DNA of 63,480 nucleotides, the filler included, from Stramenopiles sp. TOSAG23-2 (taxonomy: Eukaryota), in the NCBI GenBank assembly GCA_900128395.1. It is 9 parts of 9 records of this genome, joined end to end, with 100 filler letters (N's around TTAATTAATTAA, not from the genome) between each part and the next. Parts side by side here need not be neighbours in the genome. Positions count along the whole stretch, not along the records: positions 22,526 to 29,898 come from LT650325.1; positions 29,999 to 37,369 come from LT650326.1; 7 more parts are not named here. The stretch is one strand, 5' to 3'. The translations under genes were made by a program, and so were the position numbers. Below, piece after piece: positions 23,041-34,457 of this stretch (position 1 is its first letter; each line of letters starts with the position of its first letter). The notes below the pieces were generated by a model. That model was not told where the DNA came from. It did no database searches and was given only the letters and a program-made list of their open reading frames with translations.

Positions 23041-26000
23041 TCAAAGTCTACTAACCGTACTTGTAAATGCAGCAGCTTCCGTAGTTGATGTCGTTTCATC
23101 AGTAAGCACGACACCTGATACATACCATACTTTATCAGCAACACATGTTAACATGACGCGTGTCCCAGGGTCTCCACCGGGACCATTGGTCCATACTTGA
23201 GGTGTTGTTCTAAAGTCATCTGACGTACTTGCACCCGCAACTTCCCCTTGGGTAGTACAAGCCGCTTTTGTATTTAATAAATAGCAAAAATGTTGTTGAT
23301 CAATTGTACACGTCTCTGTATATGTTTCTTCAAAATTGTTAGCCAAAAGTCCACTACAAGTACTTCCCCCATTAGAACAAGGATTGTCATCACAATTAGT
23401 TTAGCAAAAATGTTGTTGATCAATTGTACACGTCTCTGTATATGTTTCTTCAAAATTGTTAGCCAAAAGTCCACTACAAGTACTTCCCCCATTAGAACAA
23501 GGATTGTCATCACAATTAGTTACATTTCCATAAGTTGCTGTTGCCCACAATTTACATGTCCGTGTTGCATAAACGTTACTGCACAACCCATGCCCACGAA
23601 AATCAAGTTGTTGAGCACCAGCAACAGCTGCAGTGTAGAAGGAATCAGACAGAGTTACAGTTTGTACACCACCTATTATGGTATCAGTTCCCGAACAACG
23701 AACAAAATGCCCTACCTGCGTATCTACAAGAACATCGAATAGCACCAGCAACAGCTGCAGTGTAGAAGGAATCAGACAGAGTTACAGTTTGTACACCACC
23801 TATTATGGTATCAGTTCCCGAACAACGAACAAAATGCCCTACCTGCGTATCTACAAGAACATCGAATTCAAAAAATGCACCTAAAGTGCTAGTTGTACAT
23901 TCAGGCAAAGTAACGATAAATCCTGTAGCATTATTCAGATAAAATCGCTTCCCGGAATCGCTATTTACAAGTGTCCTATCTACGCCTATGGTTTCAACTT
24001 CATAATGATGGCCCGTCATCATATGTCCACTAATTTTAACTGATTCAACGTAGACATCACCATTGGTGGATGACACAGTCAAATCAGCACCATTCGCCCC
24101 TGTATGAGTAATTGCTTGTGCACTTGTTGATGACATTGTAATACCACCCCCTGCAAAAGCGATGTTTCCCGTGGCTGATAAGCCACCAGCAGTAATATTT
24201 AAACCTCCGGAAGTTACGGACAAGGCACCTGTAATTGTAATTTTCCCATCACCTCTGATGGTAAAGACTTCGGCAGGGGTACCGGCTATGGAACTATAGG
24301 CTTCCATTAAATTATATGTAGTAGCAGATCCTTGTGTTGCCTCTAATCGCAAAACAGATCCTGTAAATCCATCACTATCAGTCTGCGTTAATGTAACAAC
24401 ATCGACGTCCCCAGTAGCGCTGTTGGCAAAATACGCACCACCATCTTCAACAACAATGCCACCGCCAGTGTAAAAATTACCTGCTACACCAAGGCCGCCA
24501 GCAACAATGACAGAACCAGTGGTTGTTGATGTCGATGTAGTAGTATCTAATGAAACAACACCTTCTCCGACATATAATGTTTTTGCAATACCAGCTCCAC
24601 CAGTCGTTTGAAATGACCCAGTTGTTGTACTGGTACTATCTACTGTACTCGTTATAAAAACTTGACCTGTGCCATCGACTTTAAATTGCTGCGTTCCACC
24701 AGTGTTTACAAAATCACTACTAAACTTCAAGAAATTCCAATTAGTTGAACTACCACTATTTGTATCCAATTGCAAAATGTTTCCGGTATAAGCAGCGCTT
24801 ATCGCGCCTGCTTTCAACAGGGCATTATTTGAATCATCATAAACTTCTATCACACCATCATTTAATGTAATTCCACCTGATTCAAGCGTTATACCACCCT
24901 TTTCAATGTTTAAACCATTTGTCATTTTGACCAGACCATCTCCTTGGATGCTAAAAACAGTTGCTCCAGAAGCAGTTGCTTTTAAAAAATTAAAATCTGA
25001 TGAAGCCGATCTAGTAGTAGAAAGTTCCATCACATTACCTGTGTACGAATCACCTGTTGACGACACTATTAAAGCTGCGGCGGCATCATCAACTTCCTGC
25101 GTTGTTCCACGTGTATCACATGAAGAGCCATAATAGTTTGTACCACATGTGCACAACCCTGTTGCAAAATCACATACACCTCTATTTGAACAAGTTGCAT
25201 ATTCATTTGTCGCGGCAGTAGTAATTGCTATGGTACAACTGGGTGTTGTCGGCGATGACGTTATTAAACCACCTGTGCATGATATTTGAGACAATGCAGG
25301 TGAGCCAGTATGGCTATATATATTATTTTCAAATACCAGCTCAGGATATTTTGTAATTGTTACCGTCATTGTTGCTGCCTTTGTGGTACCATCAACATTA
25401 GAAACGACACAAGTTGCCGTTTCAACATTCAACAACGCCATTATCGCATTTGCACAAGCTGCATCTGCCAATGCACTACCGTCAGCCTCGAATGTTGTCT
25501 CATGACCAACAAATTTTAAAGTCCATAATCCGGCCAATGACCCAGATGCAACATTGGTAGTGATCGTAAATACCAAATTGGTTCCTGTCGTCAACGGATC
25601 ATCACCCTTCGGACATAGCCTATAAGTACAATCATTTCCACCCCAACCCCATTCACAAACACAGCCGTGAATAAAGTCTTTGTCCCAACCAGTGTATGCT
25701 GGTCCAAGTCCATCACCTATTGTCCCATCCGTTGTATCTGCTCCATGCCTAGTTCCAGCATCGTAAATGCTTGTGCAGGTACCGTGGCCATTGCATATAT
25801 TGTCGACACTTTCTTCCCCTTCCTCTGAATATGGAGGACATGTTAGCCTTTCACAAGTCGGACCAACAAATCCAATTTTGCAAACACAAAAACCAGTAAA
25901 CCTATCGCAAATTCCTGCATTGGAACACTCTGCCATATTATTATCAGTTGTTGTATGTGTACCAGCCGAAAATAATGCTATACCTCTTTTGCAATCGCGA

Positions 26001-26179
26001 AGGGAGCAGTCCCTTGCTCCATCCCAACCTTCGTAACAAGTGCAACTGTCAGTTGCATTACAACTTCCATGGCCACTGCACAGGTTTGGGCAATGTGAAG
26101 ATGACGGTAATACAAAATATGCCACTAACAATAGTACTATATAAAAAAATGACGACACAAAAACGTTTAAACCTGACAT
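23041..26179 (-). CDS. EGF/mastigoneme-like secreted protein, tandem copy 1 (interrupted by two short duplications)
   Basis: Nearly identical to 26881-29757 over its 5' part. The frame is broken by tandem duplications at 23614-23867 (period 127) and 23282-23520 (period 120); removing one copy of each restores a full ORF. Confidence 0.8.
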
Positions 26180-26319
26180 TCTCTAATCGTAAATCTAATT
26201 ATTTTTGAAGTTCTTGACACATCAATATTTTCTGACAAGAAAGCGCAGTAATGGCAACCATTAATTGTTAGGTAAGTAAAACTAATACACACGGGTAAAT
26301 CTTCGAACAGTTTGATCTA

Positions 26320-26321
<2 letters not shown>

Positions 26322-26350
<29 letters not shown>
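26322..26350. repeat. (TA)n microsatellite
   Basis: TA run between the two EGF gene copies. Confidence 0.85.
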
Positions 26351-26358
<8 letters not shown>

Positions 26359-26880
26359 ACGGTTCTCTGTATATTTATGTGTATATTTATATTTACTTAT
26401 TATATATGATTTATTAGGTAATAATACCGAATACAGTATGAATACATGGAATATAATAATAATAATTGTTGTTGCTGTTTTATTTAAACCAATAGTATGC
26501 CTGGTATGCTGGTTTGCTGGTTGCTGGTATGCTGGTATTATGCATGCCTGGCATACCAGAGACCAGAGACCAGAGTAGCACAGTATGCCAGTAGGCCTGT
26601 TATGATAGTTAATAGTAATAATAAAAGCAAGACGTTAAAGTAATTATATAGTAAATAGTAAATAGTAAATAGTAGCACAGTAATGCAGTAGAGATGCGAG
26701 CTAGAGCTAGCCTGGCTAGCGCTATGGCCAGCTGGGCTATAAGCTTATAAGCCCAGGTAATAAAACTAACACTATTCATATAGCACTATAATGTATAATA
26801 TTTTGATTTTTTTATAATTTTCTCCAAATGTCGTGTGTTGTGCTGTTCCGACTATTCTCCAAACATCAAAGTCTACTACC

Positions 26881-29757
26881 CTAACCCGTACTTGTAAATA
26901 CAGCAGCTTCCGTAGTTGATGTCGTTTCATCAGTACGCACGACACCTGATAAATACCATACTTTATCAGCAACACATGTTAACATGACTCGTGTCCCAGA
27001 ATCTCCACCGGGACCATTGGTCCATACTTGAGGTGTTGTTCTAAAGTCATCTGACGTACTTCTACCCGAAAGTACCCCTTGGGTAGTACAAGCCGCTTTT
27101 GTATTTAATAAATAGCAAAAATGTTGTTGATCAATTGTACACGTCTCTGTATATGTTTCTTCAAAATCTTTAGTAGTGCTACAAGCATCTCCCCCATTAG
27201 CACAAGGATCAGCAGAACAATCAGTTACATTTCCATAAGTCAATGCTGCATCCGATTTACATGTCCGTGTTGCATAAACGTTACTGCACAACCCATGCCC
27301 ACGAATATCAAGTTGTTTAGCACCAGCAACAGCTGCAGTGTAGAAGGAATCAGACAGAGTTACAGTTTGTACACCACCTACTATGGTATCACTTCCCGAA
27401 CAACGAACAAAATGCCCTACCTGCGTATCTACAAGAACATCGAATTCAAAAAATGCACCTAAAGTGCTAGTTGTACATTCAGGCAAAGTAACGATAAATC
27501 CTGTAGCATTATTCAGATAAAATCGCTTCCCGGAATCGCTATTTACAAGTGTCCTATCTACGCCTATGGTTTCAACTTCATAATGATGGCCCGTCATCAT
27601 ATGTCCACTAATTTTAACTGATTCAACGTAGACATCACCATTGGTGGATGACACAGTCAAATCAGCATCATTCGCCCCTGTATGAGTAATTGCTTGTGCA
27701 CTTGTTGATGACATTGTAATACCACCCCCTGCAAAAGCGATGTTTCCCGTGGCTGATAAGCCACCAGCAGTAATATTTAAACCTCCGGAAGTTACGGACA
27801 AGGCACCTGTAATTGTAATTTTCCCATCACCTCTGATGGTAAAGACTTCGGCAGGGGTACCGGCTATGGAACTATAGGCTTCCATTAAATTATATGTAGT
27901 AGCAGATCCTTGTGTTGCCTCTAATCGCAAAACAGATCCTGTAAATCCATCACTATCAGTCTGCGTTAATGTAACAACATCGACGTCCCCAGTAGCGCTG
28001 TTGGCAAAATACGCACCACCATCTTCAACAACAATGCCACCGCCAGTGTAAAAATTACCTGCTACACCAAGGCCGCCAGCAACAATGACAGAACCAGTGG
28101 TTGTTGATGTCGATGTAGTAGTATCTAATGAAACAACACCTTCTCCGACATATAATGTTTTTGCAATACCAGCTCCACCAGTCGTTTGAAATGACCCAGT
28201 TGTTGTACTGGTACTATCTACTGTACTCGTTATAAAAACTTGACCTGTGCCATCGACTTTAAATTGCTGCGTTCCACCAGTGTTTACAAAATCACTACTA
28301 AACTTCAAGAAATTCCAATTAGTTGAACTACCACTATTTGTATCCAATTGCAAAATGTTTCCGGTATAAGCAGCGCTTATCGCGCCTGCTTTCAACAGGG
28401 CATTATTTGAATCATCATAAACTTCTATCACACCATCATTTAATGTAATTCCACCTGATTCAAGCGTTATACCACCCTTTTCAATGTTTAAACCATTTGT
28501 CATTTTGACCAGACCATCTCCTTGGATGCTAAAAACAGTTGCTCCAGAAGCAGTTGCTTTTAAAAAATTAAAATCTGATGAAGCCGATCTAGTAGTAGAA
28601 AGTTCCATCACATTACCTGTGTACGAATCACCTGTTGACGACACTATTAAAGCTGCGGCGGCATCATCAACTTCCTGCGTTGTTCCACGTGTATCACATG
28701 AAGAGCCATAATAGTTTGTACCACATGTGCACAACCCTGTTGCAAAATCACATACACCTCTATTTGAACAAGTTGCATATTCATTTGTCGCGGCAGTAGT
28801 AATTGCTATGGTACAACTGGGTGTTGTCGGCGATGACGTTATTAAACCACCTGTGCATGATATTTGAGACAATGCAGGTGAGCCAGTATGGCTATATATA
28901 TTATTTTCAAATACCAGCTCAGGATATTTTGTAATTGTTACCGTCATTGTTGCTGCCTTTGTGGTACCATCAACATTAGAAACGACACAAGTTGCCGTTT
29001 CAACATTCAACAACGCCATTATCGCATTTGCACAAGCTGCATCTGCCAATGCACTACCGTCAGCCTCGAATGTTGTCTCATGACCAACAAATTTTAAAGT
29101 CCATAATCCGGCCAATGACCCAGATGCAACATTGGTAGTGATCGTAAATACCAAATTGGTTCCTGTCGTCAACGGATCATCACCCTTCGGACATAGCCTA
29201 TAAGTACAATCATTTCCACCCCAACCCCATTCACAAACACAGCCGTGAATAAAGTCTTTGTCCCAACCAGTGTATGCTGGTCCAAGTCCATCACCTATTG
29301 TCCCATCCGTTGTATCTGCTCCATGCCTAGTTCCAGCATCGTAAATGCTTGTGCAGGTACCGTGGCCATTGCATATATTGTCGACACTTTCTTCCCCTTC
29401 CTCTGAATATGGAGGACATGTTAGCCTTTCACAAGTCGGACCAACAAATCCAATTTTGCAAACACAAAAACCAGTAAACCTATCGCAAATTCCTGCATTG
29501 GAACACTCTGCCATATTATTATCAGTTGTTGTATGTGTACCAGCCGAAAATAATGCTATACCTCTTTTGCAATCGCGAAGGGAGCAGTCCCTTGCTCCAT
29601 CCCAACCTTCGTAACAAGTGCAACTGTCAGTTGCATTACAACTTCCATGGCCACTGCACAGGTTTGGGCAATGTGAAGATGACGGTAATACAAAATATGC
29701 CACTAACAATAGTACTATATAAAAAAATGACGACACAAAAACGTTTAAACCTGACAT
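26881..29757 (-). CDS. EGF/mastigoneme-like (Sig1/OCM-type) secreted protein with a fibre-like C-terminal half, tandem copy 2
   Basis: Signal peptide, CPNLCSGHGSC, ECSNAGICDR, CPKGDDPLT and TCSNRGVCD motifs typical of stramenopile mastigoneme/Sig proteins, followed by Gly/Thr-rich beta repeats. Confidence 0.85.
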   Translation of the reverse strand: MSGLNVFVSSFFYIVLLLVAYFVLPSSSHCPNLCSGHGSCNATDSCTCYEGWDGARDCSLRDCKRGIALFSAGTHTTTDNNMAECSNAGICDRFTGFCVCKIGFVGPTCERLTCPPYSEEGEESVDNICNGHGTCTSIYDAGTRHGADTTDGTIGDGLGPAYTGWDKDFIHGCVCEWGWGGNDCTYRLCPKGDDPLTTGTNLVFTITTNVASGSLAGLWTLKFVGHETTFEADGSALADAACANAIMALLNVETATCVVSNVDGTTKAATMTVTITKYPELVFENNIYSHTGSPALSQISCTGGLITSSPTTPSCTIAITTAATNEYATCSNRGVCDFATGLCTCGTNYYGSSCDTRGTTQEVDDAAAALIVSSTGDSYTGNVMELSTTRSASSDFNFLKATASGATVFSIQGDGLVKMTNGLNIEKGGITLESGGITLNDGVIEVYDDSNNALLKAGAISAAYTGNILQLDTNSGSSTNWNFLKFSSDFVNTGGTQQFKVDGTGQVFITSTVDSTSTTTGSFQTTGGAGIAKTLYVGEGVVSLDTTTSTSTTTGSVIVAGGLGVAGNFYTGGGIVVEDGGAYFANSATGDVDVVTLTQTDSDGFTGSVLRLEATQGSATTYNLMEAYSSIAGTPAEVFTIRGDGKITITGALSVTSGGLNITAGGLSATGNIAFAGGGITMSSTSAQAITHTGANDADLTVSSTNGDVYVESVKISGHMMTGHHYEVETIGVDRTLVNSDSGKRFYLNNATGFIVTLPECTTSTLGAFFEFDVLVDTQVGHFVRCSGSDTIVGGVQTVTLSDSFYTAAVAGAKQLDIRGHGLCSNVYATRTCKSDAALTYGNVTDCSADPCANGGDACSTTKDFEETYTETCTIDQQHFCYLLNTKAACTTQGVLSGRSTSDDFRTTPQVWTNGPGGDSGTRVMLTCVADKVWYLSGVVRTDETTSTTEAAVFTSTG

Positions 29758-29898
29758 TCTCTAATCGTAAATCTAATTATTTTTGAAGTTCTTGACACAT
29801 CAATATTTTCTGACAAGAAAGCGCAGTAATGGCAACCATTAATTGTTAGGTAAGTAAAACTAATACACACGGGTAAATCTTCGAACAGTTTGATCTAT

Positions 29899-29998
29899 NN
29901 NNNNNNNNNNNNNNNNNNNNNNNNNNNNNNNNNNNNNNNNNNTTAATTAATTAANNNNNNNNNNNNNNNNNNNNNNNNNNNNNNNNNNNNNNNNNNNN
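29899..29998. other. Artificial contig spacer
   Basis: N44-TTAATTAATTAA-N44. Confidence 0.98.
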
Positions 29999-32000
29999 GA
30001 AGATGATGATGCTGAAGAAGAAGAAGAAGAATTCAACGGTCGCAAACTGAAAAGATGCGGGAAAAAGTGTCAAAAAAACAAAAGAAAAGAGCAGAATGCT
30101 AAGAAAAAGAAAAAGAGAATTGAACAAAAGGAAAAGAAAAAGAGAATTGAACAAAAGGAAAAGGAAGAACAGAAGCAAAAGAGAATTGAACACAATGAAA
30201 AGGAAGAACAGAAGAAAAAGAGAATTGAACACAATGAAAAGGAAACGCAAAAGAGAATTGAACACAATGAAAAGGAAGAACAGAAGGAAAAGAGAATTGG
30301 ACAAAAGGAAGAACAGAAGGAAAAGAGAATTGAACACAATGAAAAGGAAAAAGAAAAGAGAATTCAACAAAAGGAAAATGAAAAAGAAAAGAGAATTCAA
30401 CAAAAGGAAAATGAAAAGGAGCAAAATGAAAAGAACGTGGAAGAACAGAGAATAAAATATCTTGAAAATTCCGCATCTAAAGTAGACCTTGGTATACAGG
30501 TGAAAGAATATATTGATGACAAATTGGATTCATTGAAATCTTACGATAAATATGTATGTGACCATAGTGGTTATGACAATCAATCACCATTATGCTGGAA
30601 TAAACATGGTAACCAGATTCATTGAAATCTTACGATAAATATGTATGTGACCATAGTGGTTATGACAATCAATCACCATTATGCTGGAATAAACATGGTA
30701 ACCATTGGGGTGAAGACAACGACCGCGATGGAAAAACTTGTGTATCCCCACATGGTTGTTGGTTGTTACGTACACCAGGCTTTACACTTAATAATGAATA
30801 TAAGGAAGATAGTAATGTTAGAACAGTTGAAGATTTTAAGAAAAATGTCTTGAGCAAATGGAATCTTAGTAATAAGATGAAAGAAGAATTGGAGGAAAAA
30901 TTAATGCCCATGGTGCTGAATGAAGGCGCTTCAAAAATTTTTGGAGACCATGTATTTGTGGAGCCAAAAAAAGGTGAAGGGGAGTGGTTCTTGGAAATTA
31001 TATTTGTACATAGTGAAATGTTCAGAATCAAGAAAGTAGTATATTTGAAACTTCATAGTAAAGGCTGGTTGTTGAAACCAAGAGCATGTGCATATGCCAA
31101 TAATGGTGGCAATCGATATTGTTGGAAACGCGGCTATAAACAAGATGAAATTGACATCATTACAAAAACGTTGGAATTAAAAGCTTTTGAGGCCGTGAGA
31201 CATGTTGCACCAACAAAAGGCGGGCCATTGCCATGTAAAGACGAATTTAATTGTTTTTGTTATCAGGAAAAAAACAAAGGTAAAGGAATTCCATCAAATT
31301 GCCTGGATGCTATGAAACATTATTTTACTACGGGTCGTCCACACAGAGGTTATGATGGAACATGTTGTTTGAAAGGTGCAAAGATTGTTTTTGTTATCAG
31401 GAAAAAAACAAAGGTAAAGGAATTCCATCAAATTGCCTGGATGCTATGAAACATTATTTTACTACGGGTCGTCCACACAGAGGTTATGATGGAACATGTT
31501 GTTTGAAAGGTGCAAAGAAGGAAAAAGTAAATAATAAAGGCATCACGGCAGCAATTTATGACGATGGATTCAGTGGACAGCAATGTAATCCATCAAATTA
31601 TAAAAGATATAGTTTTGATGATAATGAAATTACCGTTACGGAGGGTTGCTCTGCTACATTTATTTGCAATGGAGCTCCTGTAACTTGCAATTCGGTAATC
31701 AGTCCAAAAGAAGGGTCGAGGGGGGGTTATGGGGGGTCCTATGTTGAATGTGCAAGAAAATGTAATGCGCCCAATATTCCGAGCTATTATGATGACAGGA
31801 GGAGAAGAAGATTGGGAAGCAGAAGATTAGATAGTTATGCCACAGATTCTCCATCTAGAATGTGTTCTGAACCTAGGGATATTGATAGAAGGAGAAGACT
31901 TCAAGAAGATTCCGGGAGGAGACAACTCATGTCTCATGGTGATTGTCTAGATTGTATAAGAAAATGCTATGGGATTATTAATACATGCAAATGTAATTAA
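29999..32000 (+). CDS. Cys-rich, probably secreted protein with a charged repeat and RRL motifs; 5'-truncated and split by two duplications
   Basis: ORFs 30437, 30622 and 31362 join into one frame once the tandem duplications at 30527-30704 (period 89) and 31250-31517 (period 134) are collapsed. The C-terminus has RRRLG/RRLDS/RRRLQ motifs. Confidence 0.65.
30105..30430 (+). repeat. Coding minisatellite (KRIEHNEKEEQK-type repeats)
   Basis: Recurrent AAAAGAGAATTGAACA unit of variable length. Confidence 0.85.
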
Positions 32001-32578
32001 ACACTTATATATATATATGAAGTCGTAATGTACAGCAGTGTCATTAACTAAATTATATATTAAAGGAAATCAATATAAGGAATTGCATGAGGACATCATC
32101 AGGAATGACTCTATTCGTCGCACATCGGTTCAATCAAAAACAAATACAAAAACCGATAAACGAATTGAGAACTCTCGTGATGAGATATATATAAATAATT
32201 TCCTATGTTTATACGTACCAGTATAATAAATAAGTATTTAAAAATCATTTTTGATTTGAGATGTTAATGAACGGGAGTAAAAGAAATTTATATAATATAT
32301 GAGTAAGAGAACATTTTATATATTTTTATACTCGTAAAAAAATAAAAAAAATATATACTTCGTATAAAATATTTTAATATATTACCAGTATAATAAATAA
32401 GTATTTAAAAATCATTTTTGATTTGAGATGTTAATGAACGGGAGTAAAAGAAATTTATATAATATATGAGTAAGAGAACATTTTATATATAAAATTATAT
32501 ACTTAATAATACGCGCACATTTTTTATATGTATTAATAATACTTCGTACTTGGTACTCGTAAAAAATATTTGTTCAGG

Positions 32579-33910
32579 TTACACCCAATCACCTTCTTTT
32601 AATTTTCTTGGTAAATATACATCGGTTAAATATTTAAAACCGAATGTACTCAATGCCTGTATTTCTGCCTTTTGTTTGGTACGTTTCATAATTTTTAATT
32701 GTTTAATCCAACTTTTATTATTCGAAACAAATTCCTCTTTCATTAAATCATCACATTGTTTAATATCGGCTTGTGTCATTGGAATTCTACAATCATCAGG
32801 TATTTCATATTTATCTAAATCAGATGGCAATACTCCTAACCATTTAATATCTGGTGTTGACATACTGCCACTATCATATGACATATTTTTTGAACCACTC
32901 ATATATACTGATAAAATTTTCAAACCATATGGATCACTATCAACTAATGCTAATACAGGAATTTTCAATTCCATTTTCAAACGTTTTAAAAACATTCTTG
33001 ATGCAACATCCGGTTGTCCTTTTGCTGTAATAATGATACATTTATATTTATTATAAAAACGATCTTCTGCTAAACGCATAAATGCTGCATCTTTCTCAAC
33101 TAATAAAATAAACTCTGCATCACTTTGAATATTTGTAACTTTGTCTAAGTGTGGTGGTATACCTTTTGCACCTACACCCATTTTCGTACAATCAATTACA
33201 TCTCCAGCTTCAACAAATTTCAATTGCCCAATAACAACACCTTTCTCTGATGCTACTACATGCAATGAACTACGTGTACAACCAAGCATAACAGCAACAT
33301 CATCAAGCATTGAATCGCTTTGACGCTGATTTTTAAATAAGTTGACGTCTGAATAAAATAAATCCCGCTTTGTTACATGGATACCTTGCTTTAATACATG
33401 ATACACTAAATCTAAAACACGGGTCATAATAGCTGTTTTTTGCGATTCGGATGAATGCGCAAAGTTACGCTTCATCATAGTTTCAACAGTTGTTTTCAAT
33501 ACTAAGCGATTTACCTCTGGTACATATTCTTGATTGTTTTTACTTCTGGATGGTAACGAAAATTGCAAGCCTTTTCCTTGTAATATTGAAAATGCAGCTT
33601 GTACAAATACTTGTTCAATTTCAGTCAATACTTCTTTTTCAGGCATTATTTTTACTTCTTTAAAATCTTTATGTCCTAAAATCTGTTCTAAGCTTTTTCC
33701 TTCTGTTTCAGAGATATGGTTTTTTTCATTTCGAATTAATTTTGCTAGTGCTGGAAATTCTTTTTGTAATAATGTTTTCGGCTCTGTCGATGACTTTTTT
33801 GTAGTTGATTTTTTTGGTTTTTTATTGGAGGAAGAGGAGGAAGAGGAGGAAGAATCTGATGATTTCTTCGATCTACTATTTGTACGCTTTTTTGATTTGG
33901 ATGATGACAT
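32579..33910 (-). CDS. TOP6A: DNA topoisomerase VI subunit A (SPO11-3 type)
   Basis: HVTKRDLFY (catalytic Tyr), [55 protein letters not shown] and GSKNMSYDS match the plant/protist SPO11-3 clade. Confidence 0.93.
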   Translation of the reverse strand: MSSSKSKKRTNSRSKKSSDSSSSSSSSSNKKPKKSTTKKSSTEPKTLLQKEFPALAKLIRNEKNHISETEGKSLEQILGHKDFKEVKIMPEKEVLTEIEQVFVQAAFSILQGKGLQFSLPSRSKNNQEYVPEVNRLVLKTTVETMMKRNFAHSSESQKTAIMTRVLDLVYHVLKQGIHVTKRDLFYSDVNLFKNQRQSDSMLDDVAVMLGCTRSSLHVVASEKGVVIGQLKFVEAGDVIDCTKMGVGAKGIPPHLDKVTNIQSDAEFILLVEKDAAFMRLAEDRFYNKYKCIIITAKGQPDVASRMFLKRLKMELKIPVLALVDSDPYGLKILSVYMSGSKNMSYDSGSMSTPDIKWLGVLPSDLDKYEIPDDCRIPMTQADIKQCDDLMKEEFVSNNKSWIKQLKIMKRTKQKAEIQALSTFGFKYLTDVYLPRKLKEGDWV

Positions 33911-34457
33911 GGTTTATATAAAATTATGTATATGCCATGCACTTTATTTGTAATATGTATGTGTATATATCATCTTGAAAACAATGTTTTGACAAACATG
34001 TATCTATAACCTTTTATTATAGTTTTCTTCATTCAATTTAAATTCCTCTTCTTCTTCTTCTTGATATTTTTTTTTTTCTCGTCGTCTCGTATTGCACTAT
34101 TGTTGTGCACTTGCTTGTGCTATTCTCCTCCTCCTCGTCGAACTAAGAATAATAAAATCTTTACGACTTGTATGGTTTGAATTTTGAAAATATAACTAGG
34201 TTTAAGGTAGCAGTAGCCAGGCTCTATGCTATACCGTCTACCGTGTAACATTATCATGCTATAGCTTTGGGCATTTTCCTTAAAACAAAATGTCGTATTG
34301 TGCACGTGTGCACGTGTGTTTATATTTACCAGGATGTACTATTATTTACATACATAAGTCATATATACTTAAACAATAATATCAAAAATGAAATGAAGAA
34401 CAGAAAAAAGAACACAACAACGAGATGAAATATTAATTACGGCTACATCTCTCCATC

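Noticed and set aside
23282-23867. Pseudogenisation of EGF copy 1 by tandem duplications
   Set aside because: Exact 120- and 127-nt duplications of read or k-mer scale, of a kind recurring on several contigs, point to assembly artefacts.
30527-32490. Direct repeats (periods 89, 134 and 167) as CRISPR-like or DGR-like repeats
   Set aside because: Each is a two-copy near-exact duplication with no spacer series, no A-specific variation and no RT or cas gene. They are probable misassembly.
32579-33910. Meiotic SPO11 as evidence for sex
   Set aside because: The motifs match the SPO11-3/TOP6A clade, which is not meiosis-specific.
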